64,000 nt of DNA from a virus (IMGVR_UViG_3300005445_000001:21651-85650); one strand, 5' to 3'. Counted from the first letter of the stretch, positions 36,986 through 46,098 are shown. The notes: generated by a model from the letters alone, not told the origin. A program made the numbers and translations.

Positions 36986-37176
36986 CCGACGACTCTATGA
37001 TATCTTCGATGAATGTTAGGCTCGTCAGCAACGAGGATCGACCATAGGTGTCCTCGGTCGCCGACGATCTTAGCGACCGCTTCCATACCTAGATCTCGAT
37101 TCTTGAGGAGCTCGAACGTCCGTAGATGGAGTGAGATCTCTCGAGTCATCAACTCGAGCGTCTCGCGAACGCTCAT
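36982..37176 (-). CDS. hypothetical protein
   Basis: 64 aa, convergent. Confidence 0.4.
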   Translation of the reverse strand: MSVRETLELMTREISLHLRTFELLKNRDLGMEAVAKIVGDRGHLWSILVADEPNIHRRYHRVVG

Positions 37177-37211
37177 GTCCGATCAGGTAGCGATCGGCTA
37201 CGTGTGGGATA

Positions 37212-37745
37212 CTAGGGCTCGTGCTTCTTCGCCTCTTGGCGCATGAGCTTCGCCGTGCGGATCGCGGTCAGGAGCGCGGACAGCGCGACGGCGAACGTGG
37301 AGACGATCGTCAACGTGAACACCTTTTGGTTGTGCTCGTTGATCGACGCCATCACGTCTTGGATCGAGGGTGGCGCAATGGGCGCCGCGTCGCCGAAGCC
37401 AGGTCGGAACGGGCGATTCCAATCGGCCCACGGGCCCGCCGGACCCCAGTTATTGGGTGGGCGATACGGAGCCGAGAACCGCCCTTCCTTCGTCGTCACC
37501 CACCCCGAGATCATTGGTGTCCAACCGTACTCACTCGTGAGCTCGTCGTCGGTCGGCACCATGCCTAGGCCTGCTCCACCAAGCGGCGTATCGCTGTAAA
37601 ATCCTGCTTCCCCGCGCTGATTATAATAAGGGTCGTCTGGACACAACCATGTCCCACTTCCCCCATAAGTATACCCTATTTCTGAAGGATATCCAGTGTT
37701 TGGAGGTAATTGACCATAGGGCGCCAAGATAATCCCGAGGTTCAT
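37212..37745 (-). CDS. tail-anchored membrane protein
   Basis: GAGLG and PGFG motifs; C-terminal TM + basic tail. Confidence 0.65.
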   Translation of the reverse strand: MNLGIILAPYGQLPPNTGYPSEIGYTYGGSGTWLCPDDPYYNQRGEAGFYSDTPLGGAGLGMVPTDDELTSEYGWTPMISGWVTTKEGRFSAPYRPPNNWGPAGPWADWNRPFRPGFGDAAPIAPPSIQDVMASINEHNQKVFTLTIVSTFAVALSALLTAIRTAKLMRQEAKKHEP

Positions 37746-38260
37746 TTTGACGCCTCCAAGTAGTCGGCCGCTTTACGCAAGACAGCTGGACTTTCACTCG
37801 CGTGACCGATCATGACATTGCAATAATGGCACAAAACGCCACGCAGTTTGCCGGTCGAATGATCATGGTCGACGTGTCGCGCCAATCTAGAGTCTTGAAC
37901 AGCAACATCGTCGAAGCTGGTCTTGCAAACCAGGCATCTCTGATTTTGGAGATGCAACATGTTCAGATAGCTAACAACGGATATTCCATACTCAATTTTT
38001 AGTCTTCGAAATTTTCGGTAGGCCCTAACGTGATCTGGATTATTGGCCTGCCATTTCTTGGTTCCTCGTAGCAAGTAGCCTCGATATCTGGGATCTACAG
38101 CTCTTCTCTCTCTGTAAATTCTAACGAGGTCAGCCTTCTTTTCTGAGCTTAGAGCAGCATATCGAGCCCGTTCTCGCTTGTTGCGCTCGGCTCTAGCCTC
38201 AGGAGTTTGGTTTCTCCTTCGCTCGTATTCAGCTCTTCGATCCCGATCTCGAATCGGCAC
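37742..38260 (-). CDS. endonuclease VII-type HNH endonuclease
   Basis: CLVC...HVDHDHSTGKLRGVLCHYCN; own TG-A-TAAGCT box. Confidence 0.85.
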   Translation of the reverse strand: MPIRDRDRRAEYERRRNQTPEARAERNKRERARYAALSSEKKADLVRIYRERRAVDPRYRGYLLRGTKKWQANNPDHVRAYRKFRRLKIEYGISVVSYLNMLHLQNQRCLVCKTSFDDVAVQDSRLARHVDHDHSTGKLRGVLCHYCNVMIGHASESPAVLRKAADYLEASK

Positions 38261-38404
38261 TCCTAGAGCTTATCACGAGGCTCGGAGGATTAAGGCGACG
38301 CGCTCTGATTCACACGGCAGAAAGGAATCGAAATGCCCGTCGTGGAATCTCTCCACGCACCACAACGCGCGTCGTGATCCAACACTACCACGCGATGCGG
38401 AGAC

Positions 38405-38710
38405 CTATCGACGATGCTTGTAGCCGGCGGCAAAAATGCTCACTAGAATTGCCGCCGTCGCAACGCCCCCGAGCATTAGACCCAACACTGTGTAGTCAAG
38501 TCCCGACTGCCCAAATCCAGTGCCACGCAACTTTGATGCGGTCGCGTACGGATCCCAAAATCGGCCGACCGATGGTGGACCGATCTCGGCGGGAAAAGAA
38601 ACTGGAGGGAACGGTGGTGTGATGTACCAACCCGGCTCGTCGGGTGGGCAAAACGGGAACGGCGCGCCGAGTTGCATCGTGTACGTTCCGGGCGAGACAC
38701 CGACGGTCAT
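38405..38710 (-). CDS. tail-anchored membrane protein
   Basis: LRGTGFG; TM; GYKHRR. Confidence 0.65.
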   Translation of the reverse strand: MTVGVSPGTYTMQLGAPFPFCPPDEPGWYITPPFPPVSFPAEIGPPSVGRFWDPYATASKLRGTGFGQSGLDYTVLGLMLGGVATAAILVSIFAAGYKHRR

Positions 38711-38979
38711 CGACAGCTCCTGCGCGAGCCGGAGACGCCCGCTGAGCTCCGCTTGGTGCGCTTGAATGCAGCGAGCGCGATGAGGAGAGCTCCACCAGCA
38801 AGCGCCCCAAGGCCAAAGATGTAAGGCTGGATCACTTCCTGAGCCCCTTCTTCGGCACCTTCTTTGGCCGTCTGCTTGATGAAGTTCTTGAAGTCTTCGA
38901 GCTTCTGATCGACCGTTCCGCCGCCGGGAATGATCGCCAGAATCGATCGGAGATCTGAGATCGCGTCACGGAGCGCCAT
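38707..38979 (-). CDS. tail-anchored membrane protein
   Basis: TM + KRTKRSSAGVSGSRRSCR; TAAGAT 6 nt upstream. Confidence 0.65.
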   Translation of the reverse strand: MALRDAISDLRSILAIIPGGGTVDQKLEDFKNFIKQTAKEGAEEGAQEVIQPYIFGLGALAGGALLIALAAFKRTKRSSAGVSGSRRSCR

Positions 38980-38994
38980 GATTAGATCTTAACG

Positions 38995-39180
38995 CTATTT
39001 GCGTCCCTTGTACCAGCGATAGCCGAAGAAGGCTCCGGCTCCGATGAGGCCAAGGCCCCACCAAGTCATGTACCAAGGCTCATTGAGGCTCGCGATCGTG
39101 ACGTTTGGTGGAAGCGCATTCGCGGGCGGAATGATCTGGCCAGGAGGGATCGGGGTATCACGAAGACCGACGAACATCAT
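38995..39180 (-). CDS. small tail-anchored membrane protein
   Basis: GGAGG RBS; PWYMTWW-TM-RWYKGRK. Confidence 0.65.
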   Translation of the reverse strand: MMFVGLRDTPIPPGQIIPPANALPPNVTIASLNEPWYMTWWGLGLIGAGAFFGYRWYKGRK

Positions 39181-39192
39181 GGGATCCTCCGA

Positions 39193-39627
39193 TCACTTGA
39201 GCATCATGTAAGCGAGCACCGCTCCGCCACCGAGGACGACGATCATGAGCGGATTCTGGTACCACGGCTTGGGCGGCATCATCGGCATCGGCGTGAGAGG
39301 CACGCACGCGCCTGCTTGGTTAGCGACCGCACCAGGCGGGCACGTTGGACTCTGCGGCGTGAGGAAGTGCTTGAGGAACTCACCGATCGCCGCGCCGCTA
39401 CCAGCGCCGACGTTCGTCCACGTCGATGAGCTCTGTTGCTGTTGCTGTCCACCACCTCCGCCACCCGAGCTCGAGTCGGGAATGGCGTTGGGACAGATCG
39501 CCATGTTGTTACCGGGGTAGCAACAGATCGCGTCGTCACCGGTGCCGATCTGCTGATATGGGCACGTGTCGCCGGCCCAATTTGCGAAACCAAAACCGGA
39601 AGCGGGCGCGCCGCGGAATACGAGCAT
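39193..39627 (-). CDS. Cys-rich tail-anchored membrane protein (MLVFRG leader)
   Basis: SGFG, CPPGAV, PWYQNP-TM. Confidence 0.7.
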   Translation of the reverse strand: MLVFRGAPASGFGFANWAGDTCPYQQIGTGDDAICCYPGNNMAICPNAIPDSSSGGGGGGQQQQQSSSTWTNVGAGSGAAIGEFLKHFLTPQSPTCPPGAVANQAGACVPLTPMPMMPPKPWYQNPLMIVVLGGGAVLAYMMLK

Positions 39628-39655
39628 GTCTCTACTCTATCACGAGCTTGGAATC

Positions 39656-40828
39656 TTAGGGTGAAGCCGCCGGGGCGGGCTTCGGCTTGTCGGATCCACT
39701 GAACAGTAGGAACGTCAACACACCCCCGATGATCAAGATCGGCAACCACGGAATGCTCGTCGGTGCCGGTGCGCACATCTTCGTCGCCATGTTCATCACG
39801 TAGCCGGGCGGGCACTGTGGTAGTTGTCCAGCCTGGCATGCTTGCATGAGCGATTGAGGGTTTTGTCCCTTGGCTGCTCCGCCCGCGATCACCGAGAGGC
39901 CGAGCGCGAGCGCTTGGGCGGCCTCGGGATCTTTGAGTAGCTCGCAAGCCATCCCGCCGATCGCTGCGGCGACATCCTTCGCGAGCTCGAGAATGGTCGC
40001 GACGATGAACTCACCAGCGTTCTCGATGAACCATCCAATACCACTCAACGTGAACCCAGAGCAGCCTTGGTCGTCTTTGATGAATTTGACATTGTCGAGA
40101 TAGCCCTTGACCTCAGCTGGATCCATCTTGCGCGCGCGCATGAAGAGGCCATGTGCGACCTTGCGACTTCCCGACGGCAACGTGCCGACTTTGTCTTTGA
40201 CCCATGCAGGCGTGTATGTATCTGCAGTGAGCTCAGTGTGATCGTCCTTCGTGACGAGGAAGATGCCCCAAACATCTTGCGTGCCTGGGTACATGAAGAT
40301 GTAGAGTGGAATTCCCGGATAGGCCGTCTGCCTTCCAATAGGGTCTGTTGACGTGACCGGATCTTCGATCAGATTGAGAAGCGCCGGAACGGGGTGTCCA
40401 CCATCGACGGTGGGAGGATTCAACCCAGGAACCGATCCCTGGTAAGAGACGCCTGAGAACCGGCCCCATCGTGTGCCGCGCTTGCAGGTGAATGCATTGG
40501 AGTCGTAGCCCTCACCCTTGATCGTCTCCCAAAACGTGCTCGCGGCGTCGATCGTGTCGGCGAGCCACGAGTATTGTGGCGGAACCGATGTGATGGGAAC
40601 GTCGCCACCGTTGACCGGAAACGTCAACGCCAACGGAAGTTGAACCGTTCCGCTCTTGCGCGTTCCGGTCACACCAAAGGCGCCGCCGATCTGTAGCGCA
40701 GCCTCACTAGCCCCGGGCGAGTAGGGCCACGGCAATTGCGTGACCGTCAATTGTCCGTTGGCACCGGCTTGGTACGCCTGTTGGTTCTGAAGGTTGATAC
40801 CGATGATGGAGCCGGCCCAAGTAGCCAT
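39656..40828 (-). CDS. 390-aa membrane-anchored virion protein
   Basis: CPPGY...C motif; C-terminal TM IPWLPILIIGGVLTFLLF. Confidence 0.7.
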   Translation of the reverse strand: MATWAGSIIGINLQNQQAYQAGANGQLTVTQLPWPYSPGASEAALQIGGAFGVTGTRKSGTVQLPLALTFPVNGGDVPITSVPPQYSWLADTIDAASTFWETIKGEGYDSNAFTCKRGTRWGRFSGVSYQGSVPGLNPPTVDGGHPVPALLNLIEDPVTSTDPIGRQTAYPGIPLYIFMYPGTQDVWGIFLVTKDDHTELTADTYTPAWVKDKVGTLPSGSRKVAHGLFMRARKMDPAEVKGYLDNVKFIKDDQGCSGFTLSGIGWFIENAGEFIVATILELAKDVAAAIGGMACELLKDPEAAQALALGLSVIAGGAAKGQNPQSLMQACQAGQLPQCPPGYVMNMATKMCAPAPTSIPWLPILIIGGVLTFLLFSGSDKPKPAPAASP

Positions 40829-40866
40829 GCCGCTAGGGTAACATGACTTGTGTTAACCTACTGATC
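40829..40866. promoter_or_regulatory. back-to-back leaderless promoters
   Basis: TG-T-TACCCT (minus, 6 nt) and TG-T-TAACCT (plus, 7 nt). Confidence 0.65.
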
Positions 40867-41580
40867 GTGTCCGAAGACCGATTTGCAAAGATCTCTGCGT
40901 TCATCGGGATCGGGTTGGTCCTCGTCGGTGGGGTCATGCTCTGGCAACAGCGACGAGCCACGACCAGTTTCAACGGTCTGGGACGCCCGCGCTATCGTCG
41001 AGTCGAAGGAATGGCCGAAGAGGCCCCCGTGATCGATGGGTTCTCGGATGGCAACATGCACACCGAGATCCGCGCGAGCGATGAAATGCCGATCGAGCAA
41101 CGGCTAGCGACCATCCAGCGCAAGATCTACGAAGGGACCAAAGACCCCGAGATGCGCAAGCTAGCGCTCGCGATCACCTCGCAGTGCCCCGAGCGCGATG
41201 GGCTCTGCGAGGCCAAGGCGATCTACAAAGCGGTCAAGAAACGGGTCCGCTACTCTGGTGACATCGCGCCGATCAAGCACCCCAATGGTCAGGTCGAAGG
41301 GATCGATCTCTACCAGAGCGCGCGCCGCACGTGGGAGTTCAAAGCTGGGGACTGTGACGACACGGCGATCCTGATCAGCACCCTGCTTGCGCACAACGGG
41401 ATCACTCCACGTTTGCGCGTGACCGCCGAGGATAAACATAGCGATGACGGTCACATCTACGTGATTGCGCTCCTGCCCAAGTTCAATCCGTCCTACTCTG
41501 TCGCGCTCGATGCGACCTTGCCCGGAAACAAGTTCAACGTGGAAGCGCCGGCGGCGCGCGTGACGGACTTCGACGCATGA
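40867..41580 (+). CDS. membrane-anchored transglutaminase-like Cys protease
   Basis: N-terminal TM then FNGLG; GDCDD (Cys), GHIY (His), ALDAT (Asp); TG-T-TAACCT 7 nt before GTG 40867. Confidence 0.8.
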   Translation: MSEDRFAKISAFIGIGLVLVGGVMLWQQRRATTSFNGLGRPRYRRVEGMAEEAPVIDGFSDGNMHTEIRASDEMPIEQRLATIQRKIYEGTKDPEMRKLALAITSQCPERDGLCEAKAIYKAVKKRVRYSGDIAPIKHPNGQVEGIDLYQSARRTWEFKAGDCDDTAILISTLLAHNGITPRLRVTAEDKHSDDGHIYVIALLPKFNPSYSVALDATLPGNKFNVEAPAARVTDFDA

Positions 41581-41786
41581 TGGACAGCCTCTACAACTTC
41601 GTGAATCCGAACTATGCCGCAGCGCTTACACTCAAGACGCAGTGTGCTGCGTCGCCGGTTAGCTGTGTCGAGATCAACAAGGCGTACGATCTCGAGCTCG
41701 ACATGGCAGTGACTCGCCTGCGCTGGATCGGGTTGGGTCTTTTAGTCGTAGGTGGAATCGCCATTTTCCGACGAGGAAGAGCATGA
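41577..41786 (+). CDS. small tail-anchored membrane protein
   Basis: TM WIGLGLLVVGGIAIF-RRGRA. Confidence 0.6.
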   Translation: MMDSLYNFVNPNYAAALTLKTQCAASPVSCVEINKAYDLELDMAVTRLRWIGLGLLVVGGIAIFRRGRA

Positions 41787-42196
41787 AGAAGAAACCCTAT
41801 CTCACGTTCCTCTCCGGCTTAGGCGATGCCGCCACGATCGATCCTGGCTCGTTCCTTGCTGCGAATCCGACGCCAACCGCGAGCGACGTCGCACAGTTTC
41901 TCGCGAGCGTGCCCAACGCGCAGCGCCCGGAAGCGGCACAAGCACTCGTCGATGCTGGTGTCGATCCCGACGTTGTGCAACACGGTTTGATGTTCGCGAA
42001 CACGCGCACCGGGTTGAGTTGGTCGTGGTTCACCGGCACGCTCACCGTCGCCGCGTCGGCGGCGGCAACGTTTCACGGCTACCGACGAAACAAGTCGGTG
42101 TTCTGGGCCTTGGTGTATGGTCTAGGTGCAATGATGTTCCCGATCGCCACGACCGCGGTCACGTTGGGTCAAGGCTGGGGAAAGCCGAAGCCATGA
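41783..42196 (+). CDS. two-TM membrane protein (LSGLG)
   Basis: FLSGLGDAA; AATFHGYRRNKSVFWA hairpin. Confidence 0.65.
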   Translation: MKKKPYLTFLSGLGDAATIDPGSFLAANPTPTASDVAQFLASVPNAQRPEAAQALVDAGVDPDVVQHGLMFANTRTGLSWSWFTGTLTVAASAAATFHGYRRNKSVFWALVYGLGAMMFPIATTAVTLGQGWGKPKP

Positions 42197-42438
42197 AGCG
42201 CAAGATCAAGTGCCGCAAAGGCGAGAAACGGTTCACCGTGCTTGTTGTGAATCACGATCCCTACGACTCGCATGCGGGCCGATCGTTCGAGCAAGCGTTC
42301 GACCAGGCGAACCCCGATCGGGGTAGCCACATTGAGGTCTACGCGACGTGTGCAATGGATGGTGGCGCGGCGCGCATGCCGGGCGTCTATCGCCAAGGTC
42401 AACTACTGCGGCAGTTCCGCACGAAGAGAGGTGGATGA
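42193..42438 (+). CDS. small basic protein
   Basis: ATGA overlaps both sides; MKRKIKCRKGEK. Confidence 0.55.
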   Translation: MKRKIKCRKGEKRFTVLVVNHDPYDSHAGRSFEQAFDQANPDRGSHIEVYATCAMDGGAARMPGVYRQGQLLRQFRTKRGG

Positions 42439-42755
42439 TGTACTACCGACATCCGCAGCTGGGCCTGATCCCGGACTACCAGTTCTCGACGGATCCCGCC
42501 GTGAACCCCCACATCAACCCGCACGTCACGTACCCCGAAGGGATGTACCAGACGACGACGCAGCCGATCGGGCCGTACTACAATCCCCCACCTCCGCCAC
42601 CGTGTCCGTCGTGCGTCGCGCCCGGAGTAAAAGGACTGGGCATCGACAACCCGTTCGATTCGTGGTGGTGGGAGAATCGGCAATGGCTTGCACTCGGTGC
42701 ACTTGCGGTTGTCGGGATCGGCGCGATCGCGCTGATCGGCGTGGTCCTCAAGTGA
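42435..42755 (+). CDS. Pro-rich tail-anchored membrane protein (MMYYRH leader)
   Basis: VKGLG, SWWWENR-TM. Confidence 0.7.
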   Translation: MMYYRHPQLGLIPDYQFSTDPAVNPHINPHVTYPEGMYQTTTQPIGPYYNPPPPPPCPSCVAPGVKGLGIDNPFDSWWWENRQWLALGALAVVGIGAIALIGVVLK

Positions 42756-42955
42756 GAGAGGCCGCAGTCGATACCGAGGTCATCGATGAGATCTCGATTC
42801 CATCTGATCGTCGACGTACCAAGACGATGCCGCCGCTCGCGACCGGACACAAGGTCACGCTCGACCTTGCCGATCCAGACGTCGCGGCGGACTTTCTTGA
42901 AGCGGTCGCGAAGCTCGTGCGATCCCGACGGCGCATCTCGATCATCGTCGAGTAG
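42752..42955 (+). CDS. hypothetical protein
   Basis: GTGA overlap, 67 aa. Confidence 0.5.
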   Translation: MREAAVDTEVIDEISIPSDRRRTKTMPPLATGHKVTLDLADPDVAADFLEAVAKLVRSRRRISIIVE

Positions 42956-42960
42956 CTACG

Positions 42961-43119
42961 TCACTTGAGTTGGATCGCGTGCCACGACGCGAGCTCTCCG
43001 ACGACGAAGAAGATCCCGATCCACATCATCGCGCGGCCGAGCTCCTTGGTCTTGTCGGTGAGGTGGAACATCAGGATCCCAGCAATCATGACGAGAGCAG
43101 CGATCAAAGAAAGCGTCAT
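42961..43119 (-). CDS. 52-aa two-TM membrane protein (not in ORF track)
   Basis: AGGAGG RBS; MTLSLIAALVMIAGILMF...MMWIGIFFVVG. Confidence 0.6.
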   Translation of the reverse strand: MTLSLIAALVMIAGILMFHLTDKTKELGRAMMWIGIFFVVGELASWHAIQLK

Positions 43120-43157
43120 GTGATCCTCCTTGAGAGGATCCTATCAGCTAGGCAGTT

Positions 43158-43400
43158 TCACGTCCAAGGCATGTGAGCTAGCGCGTCGGTGACGAAGCGA
43201 AGCTTGTCGACGAGCTCGGCACGTGAATCGATGTGGGCCATCTCGTCGAGCAGACGGTGAGCTTGCTCGATCAGCCCGAGACGAAGCGCGAACACGGCTT
43301 GTGGTCCCATCCGTTCGAGAATTGCCACGCAGGTAGCCCACGACGGCGACATGATCTCGTCGACGGAGAGCCTAACCGTCTTGACGTCGTCGCGGCTCAC
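43158..43400 (-). CDS. hypothetical protein
   Basis: GTGA overlap. Confidence 0.5.
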   Translation of the reverse strand: MSRDDVKTVRLSVDEIMSPSWATCVAILERMGPQAVFALRLGLIEQAHRLLDEMAHIDSRAELVDKLRFVTDALAHMPWT

Positions 43401-43699
43401 TGTGCTTCGACAACGAGCCGACGGAGCTTTTGACCGAGCTCGTAGCCAAGCAGCCACTTCTTATCGAGGTTCTCGCGCGGGATCGCATCGGGGATCGAAG
43501 ATCCGTCCCACCCGTTCATGATCCCCAAAGACTCGCAGTAGGAGAAACCGAGCTCGGCGGCGTCGAAATAGAGCTTGCGGTAGTCCTCGACGATCACACC
43601 ATGGATTCGCTCGAGAGCGCACGGTCGAAACGCTCGACCCGATGGATGTGCGACGACGATCGCCGTCAACTTCTGCTCCTTAGAGATCTCGTTGCTCAT
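43397..43699 (-). CDS. hypothetical protein
   Basis: GAGGT RBS; 100 aa. Confidence 0.55.
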   Translation of the reverse strand: MSNEISKEQKLTAIVVAHPSGRAFRPCALERIHGVIVEDYRKLYFDAAELGFSYCESLGIMNGWDGSSIPDAIPRENLDKKWLLGYELGQKLRRLVVEAQ

Positions 43700-43702
43700 G
43701 GT

Positions 43703-43936
43703 TTACCTCTTGGCTAGACGTTCGACTTCGAGCTTGATGCCAGGCGGATATCTTTCCTTCGTGAAGCGTTGTTTGATGATCACACGTCCGCTGCGATCGT
43801 AGTACCAAGCCGTGCCGTCAGACTCGAGGCCCTCGACGACGATCGGATTTCCCATGCGCCAGATCTGAAGGCCCAAGTGCCAACACGCCCAAACGCGATC
43901 ACCTGGGGCAAGGTCAACAACCGGCAGCATCATCAT
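43703..43936 (-). CDS. hypothetical protein
   Basis: 77 aa. Confidence 0.5.
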   Translation of the reverse strand: MMMLPVVDLAPGDRVWACWHLGLQIWRMGNPIVVEGLESDGTAWYYDRSGRVIIKQRFTKERYPPGIKLEVERLAKR

Positions 43937-43967
43937 CTCACACCGAGCATATCAAACGACACGGAGA

Positions 43968-44504
43968 TCATCGTCTTTGCAAGGTTGCGAGCACATCGGA
44001 GTAGACGAAGCGAAGGATACGGCCATGTCGGAGGTATGGGATTTGCTCGGCTTTGACCCATCGACGAATCGTCACGACACTAACGTTGAGCGCCGTCGCT
44101 AGATCGTCGATCGACATGATGCTGTCGTCTTCGATTCCCGCAGGGTGAGTGACCGCGAGTAGATCCTGAAGCGCTGCGGTTCCGTTCTGCTCGATCAGTG
44201 TCGTTAGTTGATCAACGGGCTCGAACCAACCATCGTGGATCATCGCTTCATCGAATTCGGTGTGAAGCTGCGCGGCGAGCTCGGCGGGCACCGGTGATGG
44301 GATCAACCCGATCAGAAACACGTCGAATGGGCAGTTGACCACGAGCGATCGCATGCACGGTAAGAGCTGCGCGGCGCGCGCGCCCTCGATCTTGATCGGT
44401 CCACGTGGATCAGATGGTGTGTGCACCTGAGCGAACACAACCCACGACTGATTAGCTGCGTGAAGTGCAATGGCTGCAGTCGTCGTAAGGGAGAGCTTGA
44501 GCAC
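43968..44504 (-). CDS. degenerate T5orf172/MUG113-like domain fused to an excisionase-type HTH
   Basis: GPIKIE..., LHTEF...DGWF; MSIDDLATALNVSVVTIRRWVKAEQIPYLRHGRILRF. Confidence 0.65.
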   Translation of the reverse strand: MLKLSLTTTAAIALHAANQSWVVFAQVHTPSDPRGPIKIEGARAAQLLPCMRSLVVNCPFDVFLIGLIPSPVPAELAAQLHTEFDEAMIHDGWFEPVDQLTTLIEQNGTAALQDLLAVTHPAGIEDDSIMSIDDLATALNVSVVTIRRWVKAEQIPYLRHGRILRFVYSDVLATLQRR

Positions 44505-44649
44505 GTCCGGTCGTCGAATGTTTCGACGTAGTTACGTTACTCGATCTGCTCACTGATGAACAAATCGGGCTCACCCATTATCAACATAAGCTATCGCAAC
44601 TCTTGGGGTTTATTTGTGATCGGACCAGATCTAATTTACTCTGATCGTC

Positions 44650-45183
44650 ATGATGTACTACCGCCACGGCGCAGATATGCACTACATGCGACCCGACGCA
44701 GTCATGCGGACGAGCGTTGTGCAACCGAGTGGCGGGTACTACCCGACTGCCGATGTGCTCGCGGTCGCCAACGAGTTCACCGTGGGAAACTACGCGTTCT
44801 CGCAAGGCAACGTCGCAGATGACGGCATGCCCACGAGTGGAATGAGCGGTCTCGGCTACACGTACTTCCGCGGCCTCGGTCAGGGCGGCGGGCCGAGCTT
44901 CAACCCGTTCAAGAAGCTGTGGCTCATGTTCAAGGCGAAGCGCGCCGCAGCCAAGGCGCAGATGTTCGTCGCCGCAGCGACGGCGCGCGGGATGCGCGGC
45001 CTCGGCGCTGCGTATCCGTACGGCCCCGCGATGGCGATGGGCCCAATGATCAATCCCGACGCGGCGGCGCGGTTCTCGATGCTGACCGCGATGGCAGAGC
45101 GAAACATGCCGATGTCGATCGCGGACTCGTACGGTCCGGCATCGCTGAATCGCTGGAACACCGTTCGTTTCCCGAACGGGTAA
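44650..45183 (+). CDS. virion protein with three GLG motifs (MMYYRH leader)
   Basis: MSGLG, FRGLG, MRGLG; TACTCT 7 nt upstream. Confidence 0.7.
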   Translation: MMYYRHGADMHYMRPDAVMRTSVVQPSGGYYPTADVLAVANEFTVGNYAFSQGNVADDGMPTSGMSGLGYTYFRGLGQGGGPSFNPFKKLWLMFKAKRAAAKAQMFVAAATARGMRGLGAAYPYGPAMAMGPMINPDAAARFSMLTAMAERNMPMSIADSYGPASLNRWNTVRFPNG

Positions 45184-45185
45184 AC

Positions 45186-45371
45186 ATGTCGAAGATCATG
45201 ACGCTATCAGGTGCTGCCGAGCTCGGACGAGAGTCCGGGCGGCAGTGCAAGTGCGTCTACAACCCGCGCACCAAGCGCCACGCCCGACTCTGTTTCGTCG
45301 GGAAGTCCAAACGCAATCGTTCAGGCTGGCAGTTCCAAAAGGGTGGGAGCCAGTTCTGTTCTCGTCGGTAA
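45186..45371 (+). CDS. small basic Cys-containing protein
   Basis: 61 aa, K/R-rich. Confidence 0.6.
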   Translation: MSKIMTLSGAAELGRESGRQCKCVYNPRTKRHARLCFVGKSKRNRSGWQFQKGGSQFCSRR

Positions 45372-45402
45372 CCACCCCAAGGAAACCCCACAGGAGAAAC
45401 CA

Positions 45403-46065
45403 ATGCGTCGTCGAATGCTCGGAAAAGTCGATCTTCTAGGCCTCAACGAGTTTGGCCAGAATCCAGGCCTCAACCCGATCTGGGGCACGCTGATCGGCGG
45501 CGGCGTCTCGGGTCTCACTTCGATCACGCTCGGTCACACGCAGACGGGCAAGCTCGCTGAGAATCGCGAGCTCATCGGTCTCATGGCCGGTCTCGGCACC
45601 GCAGGTGTGATGTACGCGATGAAGTCGACGCGCCATGCGGCGCTCGGCGCGGCCGTCGGTGCGCTCCTCGCGAGCGGTCTGGCGTGGATGGAAAAGGTCA
45701 TGCTGGGCACGGTCCAGTTGCCCGCGACGACCGCAGCGGTCGCTACGCAGGTGGCTGCTCAGGCTGCAGCGGGTGGCGCGCCGCCCCCGGGCACCGCTGG
45801 CGCGTTCGGCATCGCGAACATCCGTCAGCTGGGGATCTCGAATCTTCGTCAGCTCGGCCTCTCGACGGTGGCCAACGTTCCGCACGCGCGCGGCGTTGCC
45901 CCCGGCGCTGGCGTCGCTGGCGTCCAGCTCGGGAATGCTCGTCCGCCGATCAATCTGATGGGTCCGGGCTCGCCCGCGTCGCGTCAGGTCGCGCTCATGG
46001 GTGGCCCGCCGATCCACGGCATCGGTCACGCGTACGGCGCAACGGTCGTGGGTGGTGGTCGCTAA
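45403..46065 (+). CDS. multi-TM virion membrane protein
   Basis: AGGAGA RBS; three Gly-rich TM segments; IANIRQLG-ISNLRQLG repeat; directly before the capsid gene. Confidence 0.7.
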   Translation: MRRRMLGKVDLLGLNEFGQNPGLNPIWGTLIGGGVSGLTSITLGHTQTGKLAENRELIGLMAGLGTAGVMYAMKSTRHAALGAAVGALLASGLAWMEKVMLGTVQLPATTAAVATQVAAQAAAGGAPPPGTAGAFGIANIRQLGISNLRQLGLSTVANVPHARGVAPGAGVAGVQLGNARPPINLMGPGSPASRQVALMGGPPIHGIGHAYGATVVGGGR

Positions 46066-46082
46066 TCATTCACCGCTTTCGT

Positions 46083-46098
46083 CGGGGGACGTCCCCCG
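46083..46098. promoter_or_regulatory. perfect 16-nt palindrome upstream of the putative major capsid gene
   Basis: CGGGGGACGTCCCCCG. Confidence 0.5.

Noticed and set aside
38274-38405. Possible read-through of the TAG of 38405-38710 into ~43 further in-frame codons
   Set aside because: The extension has no recognisable features, other TAG stops end genes normally, and open stretches this long are expected at this GC
43968-44504. Excisionase HTH as evidence of a prophage
   Set aside because: No integrase, att site or host genes in the window; this HTH family has many non-excision roles
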